Source: Entomortierella parvispora E1425 (taxonomy: Eukaryota; Fungi; Mortierellomycota). From it: a stretch of 64,000 nucleotides of DNA. Below the pieces are notes generated by a model that had not been told where the DNA came from, did not search any database, and saw nothing but the letters and a program-made list of their open reading frames with translations. Shown in pieces: positions 1 to 12,734 of the stretch (the first letter of the stretch is position 1; each line of letters begins with the position of its first letter). The stretch covers positions 2,108,001-2,172,000 of the forward strand of contig BQFW01000007.1 of NCBI GenBank assembly GCA_020891255.1, given 5' to 3'. A program made the translations under genes and the position numbers.

Positions 1-2337
1 CTCGAAGCTGCCAATCGGAAAGTGGATCAGGTGGCAACCGAGCTCTGGAAGCTAACTCAATTAGCAGCGGATCTACAACGGACTCTTTTGCAACACACAT
101 CCGGTGTCTTGGCTCTGGGAGTTGTTCGCTTGGAGGACCAGAGTCGGAGAGAAAGGGAATTTCACGCTATTCAACTTCAACAGGCTACTGAAGGTCCAAA
201 CCATGAAGAACAAATGTAAGTCTCTCCCTTTTTTTTATTTTGTTTTATTTACTAAAGGTAAAAGGAAGGAGTACTGACATTAGCCATTGTTTGGTATAGT
301 GAGTCAATGTCTAGGACTATATCAAGTTTAGAGGGGGATGCTTTTGAGGCCCAAGCATTGCTAGAGGACAAGGATCGAGCTATTGGGCGATTAATGAAAC
401 AGTTGGAGCACCAGCAGGACCTTTTCATGAAGCTAGACGAGCAACAGCAAAGAACCATGGAACTTGCAAGGTTACAACAACAAAATCAAACTAAAGTCAG
501 TGATTCAGGACTTAAAGCCTCGAATGCCAAGGTGGAGGAGCTGACAGCTGTTTTGGGAGTTGTTGGCAGGCGACTGCAGAAAATTCTTCAACTCCAGCAG
601 CAGAATCATGGAAACCACATGGCAGATTCCAACACCACCCATGCTACGTTACAGGATGAGGGGCATCGGTCCCAAAAGCCTCAACGTAACAGAAGTGCTC
701 AGAAATGGCCCTCCGAAACAACCCTTCTCTCAAAGACTTCGACGATTCAAAACCAGGAACCGCAGTTGGCAGCCATGCAGGAGGATTTTAACCACACACA
801 GCCTTCTGACGAGACAGGACAGGTCGAAGCAGACTCTCGAACAAAAACTGGCGAAAGAGTGCCGAATAAGGCGATTCAAAAACAGGTTTATGATGGAGAG
901 AAAGAATCAGAAGTGGCCTATGTTTCTCCAGAAAGCATCCAATCGATTTTGGATGCCCTTGAGGAGCATGCGTCGGTCTCGCAGAGCAAGATGGCAGTCC
1001 TCGAAGGCGAATTGGGTCTTCTTCGGCGACAGTCGTTGGTGCTGAGCCAGAGTCGAGCCAATAGCGTTAAAGTCAAGTCCCCCAGTAAGAAAGGCGCGGC
1101 CGTAGAGGAAACGATCCGGGCAGCGCTGGAAAAAAGTCTCAAGGACGCACTGCTGGAAAAAGAGATGGCCAGGCAGGAATTGGAAAATGAACGCCAACGC
1201 TGGCAAGATGATCAAAACCATCGTATCCGTGCACTGGAGGAGAGTATAGTTGCAGTTGAAGATCAAGAGCAATTTCAGTTGATGCATGCGGTCGATACTG
1301 TCGGATCGTCGGAGCTCAAGGACAGCATGGTGGTGGAGCTTCGGAGACAGCTGCGGGAAGCAATTGATGAAATCGATGTGCTCAGTCTTCAACAGCAATC
1401 AAGCCTCAAGTCCATGCGACAGCTGTTTGATCTATTGCCTGATTCCAGGAGAAAAAGTCATTTACAGCTCTTTTCCTCACACCAACAGCTCCAGCAAATG
1501 ATCGCAATGAACAGTAGCCCTAAAGGCGCATCGGACGCTTCTTCTGGAAGAGCAAGCCCAGCTGGGAGCATATCCTCGTTGACGGCATCTGGTGCTGTAG
1601 GGTTCACTATGGAGGCCTTGATCGTGCGCGTGAAGGAGTTGGTGGCAAGGTCTCAGCAACTGGAGCAGGACAATACCGAGCTTCGACAACACCTACAACG
1701 ACCAACGAACGGGGATACCGGACACGCCGGTCATGAGCATCCACACCCAGAGGATAACAGTGACCCCCACTCTACCTGGATTCTCAAATCCGACCTGGAG
1801 CGACTTCAAGCAAGTTCGGGTATGGTCCAGTTGCTAGAGAAAGAACTTGAGCTATTGAAGCAACACACCGACATGTTGCTGGACGAGAATGCACGGTTGG
1901 CTGATCTAGCAGCAGCGACAACTACTGGTGTTAATCAGGCGGCGGTGACAACATTTTCTCAGGGTGGTCGACCATCCGTGGAAAAACTAAGCCTGGAAGA
2001 TGCCGTAGATGAGTTGCAAGAGATTGTTCGAGCTAAGGACCAACTGCTAAAAGAACGAGAAGAGGCTTTTCAAATTCAAGAGCAGACTCTCCAAAGCACG
2101 CGCGAAGAACTGGCCAAGGCGACTACAGGTCCTTCCACCCCATCCTCGAGAACGACAACAGGCACGTCAATGACTGATATTGCTCCCGATCACCAGCTGA
2201 GTGACTACGATCTAGGATCTCTGGAGGAGTTCAGGGACAAGTGTCGAGGTCTAGAAGAGCAAATAGGCGAGATGCGGATGATCATTGCAGCATTGGAGAG
2301 TATGACGGGCGGTCCAGGTTCTGGCTATCACATTCTT

Positions 2338-2384
<47 letters not shown>

Positions 2385-2817
2385 GTCTTCCTCGACTGCT
2401 TCCTGGCTCAGTTCGAGTCTTGGAGCCGTTGGGTCACTCAGCTTTGGATCGTTGACACAAAAGAACAGCTCCAATCCCACGACTTCCAGCACTGCTGCCC
2501 AAAACGCCACACTCATGTCTCCACCAAGTCCTTCAGGTCTCTCTTCACCCACCCCTTCGGGTGCCGATGCTATCTATGGAGGCAGTAATGCTAGCCACTT
2601 TCTCAGCGCAAGCGGCAGTCAACAAAATGTTACTCTGGGCAGTCATACCACCTCAGTTACAGGCGCCACTGCAGCGCTGAGGAAGGAGTTTAGGAGGGTC
2701 ATGCATGAGCTGCGGGAGGAAAAGGACAAGACTGTCCGCAAAGAGGTGGAAGAACGCCGCCGACTTGAGCGGGTCGTTCGCCAGTTGCGTCGGGATATTC
2801 AGGCCCTTGAAAAATAA
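1..2817 (+). CDS. Coiled-coil protein, Uds1/'involucrin-repeat protein'-like (5'-truncated by window)
   Basis: Exon to 215, GT-AG intron 216-299, then in frame into the 836-aa ORF ending 2817. Long coiled coil; C-terminal TAALRKEFRRVMHELREEKDKTVRKEVEERRRLERVVRQL resembles, from memory, the C-terminus of fungal Uds1-family proteins. The N-terminus lies outside the window. Confidence 0.6.
2338..2385 (+). repeat. CAG/CAA coding repeat (poly-Q16)
   Basis: (CAGCAA)n run encoding 16 Gln inside the coiled-coil CDS. Confidence 0.9.
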
Positions 2818-3959
2818 TGAGGTCCACCTCCACTGAACTGCCAATTCTAATGTTATTAATAAAGCAACATAACAATACCGAAGGGCAACAAAACCGAATA
2901 GATGTCGAATCATCTAGCGTATATTTGAGTAAATTATATTAGAATTCTAGAGTAATGACTTTTAAACCAAAAAATGCCTTGTAATCGCCTTGCTTGAACG
3001 GACAAGAGTAGAAGAGGCAGCATGGTGAGTTGGGATGAGAGTTTGGTGGTTGAGCTGAACAGAAAAGTGAGCGAGGTCGATGGTCTTTATAGATCACATC
3101 CCTTGGGTGAAATGCAAAGAAAAAAAAGTCAGGGGAGTGGGGGCTAGACAGCCTTTGACCCAAGATTGCCGATGCGGATGCGGCGCCGAGGGATGGGGAT
3201 ACAAAGACACAGAGAAGCAAAAAAACGAGGAGGGACAATGGGACTGGCGAGTGGCAACACAGGCCATGAAAGAGATCCAAGGGCAGCCTCCTGGCACCAC
3301 GCGAAGGAGGCTTTTCCGCTGTGCACCCTTTTTGCTAGCAGGAGGATGCAAGAACGATGGACAGATGGACAGACAGAAGCAAGGGGCTGTCGTCACCCTT
3401 CCGCGTTGGACAGCACCTCTTGAGAGAGTTGAGAAAGGAGAGGGGAGGGATGATCTATGCAGCAAGAACATTACGCGTGCTTTAATGTTCGCTTTAGAAG
3501 GGAGAGTTGCGTGCTTATGGCGCGCAGATGCTCTCAAGACTGGAGACCAAGCACTAAGGTGTGGGTTGCACAAGGCGGCCGAAGCGACGGTCTGTTCGGT
3601 GTGGAGGAGGAAGAGGAGAAAGACGGGCGGAAGAGAGGAAGAGAGCAGCCATGATGGTAAATGAACATGCTACGCAGATAGACAGACTGCAAATGCTGTC
3701 GTTGCGTGCATGCACATGTCGACGTGGCGGAGGAACACAGAGTGCCTGCGCCCTGGCTGGCTGTCGCTTTCTTTCTTTTGTTTCCTTCCATCCTCTTTCT
3801 TCTCCTCATCCCTCCCTTGCTTCCATCATCCCTGCTACCTTGCTCCCATTCATCCTCATTAACATCTCATTCACAACTCATTCTGAATCTGAACAAAGAA
3901 AAGAAACAAAAAAAAAAAAAAAAGAGTCAAAAAAAAAACTCCCCCATTCCACTCCCAAC

Positions 3960-6900
3960 ATGAGCGTGTAAGAATGTGTCCATGGCAACACCAATGCACA
4001 AAACCAAAGCAGTAGAGAACTGACGGTTGTCTGTCCATGAATATTCACTATTAGCTTTGGTTTCGACTTGCATGCTCAGATTCTCTCGAGTCTCGCCACT
4101 ACTTTGGCCAAAGACCCGACTACCTCGGCGGACGAGGTCCAGCGCCTTGTGCGCGCTGGCCCTGTGTTGCCTTTGACCAGTCAGCCATCCTCGCCCAAGC
4201 CATCCGCCAATGGCTCTGAGAACTCTTTCAGTTCAGCCGAGAATGTGCTTGCTGACGGTGGCCTCATGGTGAGTGCACTCTTGATCCATGAGCACAGAGA
4301 CACGCAGACAAGAACAGGAACTAACTGTTTGTCTTGACATGATAGACCATGCGCCACCAACACGCACTTATTGCCCAGGCCAAATTTGCGGCAGAATCCT
4401 CGGGTCAGTTTGACCACGATCTTGTCCCTCGTCTTTGCGGATATCTTCACTCTCTGCCCAACTTCCAGTTCAGCGACGGCTTTGGACTCAAGGGTAAAAA
4501 TAGCTTGATGAAAGGATGATCCATGACCATCAACGTGCTTGTATGTTCAATCATTGCTCCCCTTCCTACTATCACTAGGCAAGTCCTCGGCGGACAACTT
4601 GACCCAGAGTCTCATCATCCATCTGTTCACCATTGCTGGCAAGCGTCCTTTGGTCCGTGGGGAGATCTTGGACTCCATCTGGGCCTATCTCGACAAGCTC
4701 TCGAAACTTGTTGTGTCTGACAATGGTAAATATCGCTAGAGAGTGGATGGGTGCAGAAAGGACGGATTGGCACCACCTTGCACAGACACCTTGCACAGAC
4801 ACATAAGTTATCAAACGTCCTTAGCCTAACTCATTGTATTCCTCAACAACTAGCTGTCAAGGTGTGCGAATTTGTTTTGCCTTCACTCAACGGTCTCTGG
4901 ACAGCATTTGAAAATACAAGTCTTTCCTTTGGACAAAAGGACTTCGCGGATTTAGTTGCTCATTCGAATGCGTTCCTGTCCAACGAGACATCGGAGCACA
5001 TTCGTGATGCCATCAACACAATCAAGCAAGAGTCAGATAACATCTACGCTAGACGTGTTCTGGCACAATATGCCCGCGAAAGCATTGTCTTGAGCTCAAA
5101 CCGGATCATCCTCCAGGTCCTGACTGTTAAGAGGAACATGGTTGGACGTATCATCGATGCTCAGTTCTCTGAGGGTTCAGAAACAGTCAATAGCCTTAAT
5201 GGACATGCTCAGCGCAACGGAAAACACGCCATTGAGCACAGCGAGGACGAGGGACCTTCTCAGAATACTGCCTCGACTGCGTCTCTGGTCCCGGTCAATG
5301 TTGCTTTCAAGACCTTTGACGACATCTGGACTACACTCCTCGTCAAACCAGCCAAGCACTATGTCGCAGGTGATCAGGTTGACTTGACCAAGATCATGCG
5401 TTCCGAATATATCCAGTCGCTCCAATTTTTTGCCGATATTCGAGAATTCGCCAATGAGCTCCTCTCCAAGGGAGGCGTCTCCCACGAGTTCTACTATGCT
5501 GAGATCATGGGCATTTCATTGGTAACAGTCGTCAATTGCCTTTTTTTTTTCTTTTCTTTTTCTTCAAAAATATTAACTTGCCGTTTCCTCTCAATGTTGT
5601 CCATAGCAATTGGCCTCACTTGCCAGTATCTACATTCACGAATTGGATGATGTGCTTCCTTCTCATATTTCCAACTGTCTGTTCAACAGCGTTCGTAAAG
5701 ATGAGTTCTGGATTCACAGCGCCGCTTTGGATTGCTCTGGCGTTCTTAGTATCAACTTTGCTGAGGCCAATCGTGAATTGACCGCCTTGTTGCAACAATT
5801 CTTGACAACCCCGTCGCCCATCTTTGACGGGGCTGACTTTGCACTCATTCAGTCTAGCGCTGTTGAGCGTTTGGCTCAAAACCTGAGCCAGCCCTCTGCA
5901 GGGGAAGATGTGGCATTGTCGACTGTGTACGCTCTTTTGAATATTCTCTACAGCTACAACACAGCCTCCAAGGAAAAGCTGGCTATTCAGGAGCAGTCGA
6001 CAAAGATCCAAGAGAACATTGTGGCGGCAATCTCCAAAATTGCATGCGTTCTGAAAGGCGAAAAGGTAATTTTATGATTGAAATGAACTGATACATAGCA
6101 ACGTACTAACACAATAACTTGGGACCCTCTGTTCTAGATTACCTCTTTGGCCCTCTCGATGCTCGCCCAGCAAATACGCCACCATAGTGCCAGTTTGGAC
6201 TGCATCATCGTTTTCCCTTTGACAGACATTGCATTGGCAGGGTCACTTCATTCGTTCAACGATATTGTTCAAGTCCTCGGTAATCTCATCAAGAACGCCG
6301 CTGCAACGGACCGCAAGGCAATCTCGAAGGAGCTCTCCCAAGCTGTAAGTGACATATATTCCTTCACAGAGTCAGAAAATAGCCGCCAGTAGCGTTGGCG
6401 TTGAGATGTGAAGTTTATACTAATATTTGTCTTTTCTTGTGTACAGGTAATACTCAGTTTCTCACGCTTGGCTCAGACTGTCAACAACCGACCAGAGTTC
6501 TATCACCCATTCATGGTCAGCTTGCTCAAGTTGATTATTGAAAAGGCGGATGTCGGACAGGCGGCCGGCAAGCGCAGCCAAAATAGCGGTGCTAAAGGAA
6601 TCAACCCTCTGTCCACTAGCGTTGGCCAACTTTTATCTGTTCTCAGCAAGTTGCTCGCCCACGATGACTTCCAGCCCCACCTCAAACCCAGCAAAGAAGA
6701 CGTCAAGCTGTTCAGAGATGTTTGGTTCTATTGCGTTCTCCTTGATTTCGTCAAGGATCCTATCTCCAACAAGGATTCTAGCAAAGTCCTGCTGAACATC
6801 GCACGTAAGACCCCAGCTTTTGTTTCTGGCGATCATGGATCCAACGCGTACTTGGAGGGCGAGCTCGAGTACAACTCTGTCTTGCCCCGAGGAATCCTGG

Positions 6901-9900
6901 ATGACCAGAAAGCTGCCATGAGAGCGACCTTGACTAGCTACCTGCCTGGGCAGGCAGCCGCAATCAAGGCATTGAGTTCTGCCAAGGTTGTATTCCTGCT
7001 GTCGGTCTACCATGTTGAGACGATGAGAAGCCGTCAAGGAAACTGTTCATTCATCCTCCAGTACTTTATGAATGTGGGCGTGAACGATGGAGGTCTTACA
7101 AGCTGCTTGGAGGCTATTGCTGATCAAGTCATTAGCGTCTTTACGTCCGAGTCTCAGTCCAAGGTTCTCGCGCATGCTCTTGACGATGAAGTACGTCAGC
7201 AAGTCCGAAGCTTAGTCCTTGGTTGTGCCCACCGTCTGAAGCGCGTGAGCACCCTTGCCAACAAATGGGTCCACAGAGTCATCGGCTCTTTCCCTCAGAT
7301 GATGTGCGACAAGGGATTGGTTGCTCTGGTTCTCGAGTTGAGCGAGCTGCTGTGGCTCAGTTGCGAAAACGAGTTGACTGATGAGTACTGTCCGGTCTAC
7401 TCGTTCACTTCAACGAAGGTGAACGTCACTATCGATCTCCCTGATTCATATCCTTATCGCCGTGAGCTCTTGACCAAATTTGTGGACATGACTCGCAAGT
7501 GGATCGCAGCCGCCATGGCTAACTCGCCTCAAGAGGTGGACGCCCTTCTTCAGGACTACTTGGCCCAGACAGAGAAGATCCACACCGGTGTTAGCCGTGT
7601 CCATATGGGACGCACCCTCGCTGCCCGCGCTGGAAAGGATCTGACCAAAAACCATAATTGCTTTGATGGTCTTGGTAACTTGCCCGGAGCCAACCTGGAC
7701 AATTCTTCAGTCTTCTTCCAAGAGTTCTCGGCCCGTCGTCGGTACCAGGGTGAGATTGGAGGCATGGAAAACTTTTCGTCCGTCTATTCACGCGAGTCTG
7801 GCTCTGTACTTCGGGCACAGCTGCCCGCTCTCCGTGAGAAGCTGCAGACCATGGCGCAACAGGTCAAGGATGACAAGTATGTCTCAAATGATGATCTGGC
7901 CAATGCTTTGCACCGTGCCGTGAGCGCCTTGGCAACACTGGACGAAATCGAGGAGGATTTGGTCAAGATGATCGCCTGGATCCCTATTTATCTTTTCACG
8001 CCCGACAGTTTGAAGATTGGTACTTCTGTCTGGAACTGGCTTATCACCGAAAAGCCCAATGTGGAGAAGCGACTCATGACAGAGGTTGCGGCTGGCTGGG
8101 CATGGGCAGCTAGACACCAAAAAGGACTGTTTTCTCCCTTGTTGGACTCTGAGGATCCATTCCGTGTTCGCATGGAGTATGCTCCCACAGACAAGAAGGC
8201 TCGCCAGCGCACTTACAAGATCGCGTCCTATCTGTTTTCGCCTCATGTCATCTGGATCGAGTTCTTGTCGAGTCGATTCCAAGCCACCCGCTACAGCAAC
8301 AGGGATATGGTCGAATCGTTCACTCGACTCCTGTTAATGACATTTGACAAGCAACTCAATATGAGTACTCACCCCCTAGCCCGTGAAGGACGATTTCAGC
8401 TTTTGCTTTTGGGTCTTCGTCTCTTAAAGAGCAACCGCATGGAGGCTTTAATCGAGTACAGATTGCGCGATGCTCTTTACCTGTCTGCTTTGTCTTGGTT
8501 CCAGCTCAACCCTCGATGGTCCTACGGAGGCAACAAGATGCTCAGTAAGACCGAAACCAGGATCATGAAGGAGTTTGGTGTTGCATTGGACCACGACAAG
8601 GTCATCTTGGGCTCTATCCTCTCAAGCATCCATCCCTCCGGATCCCACAGCGCGGATACCAACTACGTCTTCACAGACAAGCTGACACGGGACGCCATCA
8701 TTCGAAAGCACTCCCAGTCCCGTCGTTTGCTCCAACTCTTGACCGAGAACGAGTTGAACCGACTTGGTGTTTGGAGTACTCCATTGGTCCTGAACGGTAC
8801 TGCTCCTGAAGTGAACACTCACGAGAAGGGTATGTCCGAAGAAGGATGGCGCAATTTGGTCCGCTTTGCTTGGAGTGTCTCTGCTTCTTTGGCCTTCCAG
8901 CTCATGTCTCGCTTCAAGAATGCGTTCATTCCCAGTGAGTTGGGACAGCTTCTGGCCAACGATCCTTTTGCAGCAGTCGGGGATGCGGACGCGATCCAAA
9001 TTCTCTTGGGCGAGGGTACCTTCAAATACTCTGCATCTCAGCTCAAGTACCTCTTGTTCTGGCAGCCCGTCCCATCCATCACTGCCATCTCATATTTCCA
9101 GCCCGCTTTCCACAACAACCCCATGGTGCTCCAGTATGCCATGCGATCTCTGGAACACTCGCCTGTTGAGGTCGTCTTCTTTTATGTCCCTCAGATTGTT
9201 CAAGCTCTTCGTCATGACGATTTGGGATACGTCGAGAAGTACATTATGCGCGCTGCTCGCGTTTCTCAGTTGTTTGCTCATCAGATCATCTGGAACATGA
9301 AAGCGAACATGTACAAGGACAACAAATGTGAGGTTCCCGATGCTCTCAAGCCTACTCTTGACCGCATCATTGACAACATTGTGAAGGGATTATCTGGCGA
9401 GGCCAAGGACTTTTACGAGCGTGAGTTTGCCTTCTTTAACCAAGTCACCTCCATCTCTGGCACGCTCATGCCTCTTGTCAAGAAGCCCAAGCCCGAGAAG
9501 AAGAAGAAGATTGATGAAGAGATGGCCAAGATCGTGGTCGATGTTGGAGTGTACCTGCCCAGTAACCCCGAGGGAGTGGTTATCGACATTGACAAGAAGT
9601 CGGGTCGACCACTTCAGAGTCACGCCAAGACCCCTTTCATGGCTGCTTTCAAGGTCCGAAAAACTCGAGAGGAATCGTCTTTAGGCAAGGCTATTATGAA
9701 GCGTGGGTCGGCTGAAGAGGAGGCAGAGGAGCAGATCCCGAAGACGTATGATGTCTGGCAGTCTGCTATTTTCAAGGTCGGAGACGACTGTCGTCAGGAT
9801 GTCTTGGCAATCCAGTTGATCGCCGTCTTCAAGAACATCTTTACCAACGTTGGTTTGGATTTGTATCTCTTCCCCTACCGTATTGTGGCCACCGCGCCTG

Positions 9901-10538
9901 GATGCGGTATGATCGACGTGATCCCCAATTCGATTTCGCGTGATCAGCTCGGTCGTGAAAAGGTCAACAACTTGCAGGATTACTTTTTGACCAAGTATGG
10001 CGGCGTGGACTCGATTGAATATCAGCAAGCCAGGAACAACTTTATTCAGTCTGTAGCTTCGTACAGTGTCATCTCGTACTTGCTCCAGTTCAAGGATCGA
10101 CACAACGGCAATATCATGATTGATGACGACGGACATGTCATTCACATTGATTTCGGATTCATTTTGGACATCTCACCTGGAGGCAACATCAACTTTGAGT
10201 CCTCGCCCTTCAAGCTGACCTCTGAGATGATTCAGATCATGGGATCCAGTGTCGAGGATCAGGGCTACAGATGGTTCTGTGAGCTCTGCGTCAAGGCGTA
10301 CTTGGCCTCGAGACCCTATGCTGAACAAATCATGCAATTGGTCTCACTCATGCTTGAGTCTGGTCTCCCTTGCTTCCGTGGAGAGACCATCAAGAGGATG
10401 CGATCGAGATTCCAACTGGATCGCTCCGAGCGCGCTGCTGCTGAGTTCATCAAGGAGCGTGTGGACGAGTCTCATTTAAACAAGCGCACGGTTCTGTACG
10501 ACTCGTTCCAGAAGGCCACCAACGGCATTCCTTACTAA
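3960..10538 (+). CDS. STT4: Phosphatidylinositol 4-kinase type III alpha (Stt4/PI4KA)
   Basis: ATG 3960 (MSVFGFDLHAQIL after intron 3968-4054). About 7 GT-AG introns in the 5' half, then one long exon to 10538. PIK helical domain (LKYLLFW, FYVPQIVQALR) and PI3/PI4-kinase catalytic motifs (IFKVGDDCRQD, LQFKDRHNGN, HIDFGF). Confidence 0.96.
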
Positions 10539-11159
10539 TTCAAGGAGACCAACCTCCTTTACAACAATGGCGGTCTTCCTTGCCTTTTCCTAGGCTCCAC
10601 TGAAGAGATCTTACGATTTTGAGAAAAAAAAAAAAAAAAAAACGACCCCCCCGCTACACGCACCTAAATCTCATGTTATGACGATTTGTATGAAAACATG
10701 AAAATAAATGTTCTCTCCACTTTGGAAGCACGAACACTTGATTCTAGGCAATGGTGATCTGGCTGAATTGGCAAGGAGTGGAGATTAAGCGCCGTCAGCG
10801 GTGATCAAGATCAATTGCCCAGCGACTATATTCGTGAAAGCCAGTGGGCTCAGATCAGATTCGGACGAAAGCATGCTAGAATGAACCCATGATCAGATCT
10901 CTCTCATGTCCACCCGCATTCATTTACTCCAAATGTCGACATGAGTAAATGAATGTATCAGTCCCCGCCCACCCCCTTGTTATATTCTATGACCCGCTCT
11001 TTAATCAGTGAGGGACAAGACAGGCCAAGTGGCCGGTGCTGCTCCGTCTCAACTCTCAGTCTCATTTCCGCTGATCAAAAACAAAGGTTCGGTATCTGAA
11101 TCACCTTCACGCTCAGATTGGATTCAGTTTCGATGCTCGAGCCATGGTCAGTGCTCTCT

Positions 11160-12520
11160 ACTCCAGACATTCCATTTCAGCTCATTTATCACAGAGACAG
11201 AAGAAGATGATATCAAAGGAGAGGAGTCCTATTCCTCTTTTCAAATAGTTTCTTTCTTTATTTTTATTTTATTTTTTATTTGTATGATTAAAGAGACTAG
11301 AAGAAGAGTCGCGAAAAGGCGGCCAAAGATCTAGATGAGAAAGGAAAGAAAGAAGGGAAACCCGGTGAATATCTGCTTGTCGTCGCAAAAGAGAAAACTT
11401 TGAAAAAGAAGTGAACTTGCCTGTTGGCCCAGGATCAAAAAGGGAGGACAAAACGACCGAGGAAGGGTCGCTCTTGTCGACCATACCCCACTATCTCTCT
11501 TGAGCACCAAGCCTTGAAGGTTCACAGGTAGTGGTCATGTGGGCCCCCGCATCAAGCATTTGAAGGCTGACAAGTTTTTCTTGTCGCCATCGCCAGCTTG
11601 GAAGGCGCTACAATCTCATTCAGTACCTGGCCTTGCACCTGCAGAAGCAGGCAGTTTACAGGTAGTGTCTTGTGGCCCAAGGATTCGATGGTTTACAAGT
11701 CTTTCTTGTATCCATCATGATCCCCGGAAAACACACAATCTCATTCAGTACCTGGGCTTGAGTCAGAGGAGGCGAGAGGTCTTGCAGCCAAAGTCAAGCC
11801 AGGGAGGGCGGATGACTACAAGGCCGAGTCTTGAGTTAGGGGAGGCGGTCTGTCTTGTAGCCAAAGTAGAGTATGGAAGGGGCCGAGGCTTGAATCAGAG
11901 GAGGCAGGCGACCGTGTGGCCAAAGTCAAGCCAGGGAGGGCGGGCGACGCCAAGGCCAAGACTTGGGCCAGAGAAGGCAGGCAGTTTTGAGGCCAAAGTA
12001 GGGCCAGAGGGGACCGTCGGTCGTGTGGCACCGGTCGAGCCGGGGAATAAGGCAGACAACTTTGAGGGCGAGTCTTGGGTCAGAAGAAGAAGGCGTTCTT
12101 GCTGCCAAAGTCAAGCAAGGAAGGGCAGACGACTTCAAGGCCGAGCCTTGTGCCAGAGGAGGCAGGTGGTCTTGCGGCCAAAGTCAAGCCGAGGAAGGCA
12201 GACAACTTCAAAGCCATGCTTGAGCCAGAAGAGGAAGGCGGTTTTGCGGCCAAAGTGGGACCTGGGAGGGTAAGACAGAGTCAAGAGCGTGAGTTGATGT
12301 CGTAAGATGAAGCCAGAAGGCGAAGGGTTTCATGAGGACTCTATTGTTGTTGGCCAGAAGGCAGAATGGTGGACTGTGTGCTCTTTGTGTGCTTTGTGTG
12401 TGTGGAAAGGGAGTGGAGTAGAGTGAAGAGAAGAAGGATGACGAAAAAAAAAGGGGGACCAAGCTGTATATGAATGAAAGAAGAGTTGACTGCTTTCACT
12501 GTCAGCTTGTCGACTGCGGC
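11160..12520 (-). repeat. Left arm of large inverted repeat
   Basis: Reverse complement of 12735-14095. Paired ORF-track entries have identical translations and coordinates summing to 25,255 (e.g. 11539-12273 + vs 12982-13716 -). Similarity decays outside ~11274-12440. Confidence 0.95.
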
Positions 12521-12584
12521 CAGATGTGATAGAGAGGACAACAACATCGGACATGAGGGAAGGAAGCCACACGGCACCGCGAGG

Positions 12585-12670
12585 ACGCGTTGTTTTGTCA
12601 TGAAGGATGAAAATTGGCCAATATTTTTGTCCAATTTCCCAAATTTCCCAAATTTGAGACAAAAACGCGT
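12585..12670. promoter_or_regulatory. Symmetric pair of ACGCGT (MCB-like) sites in the inverted-repeat spacer
   Basis: ACGCGT at 12585-12590 and 12665-12670, exactly symmetric about the repeat axis. CCAAT motifs lie between them. Confidence 0.45.
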
Positions 12671-12734
12671 CCGTCCACCACGCACCATCCCGCCTTGCGT
12701 TCTTTCATCCTTGGCAGTCCACCACACTCTGTAA

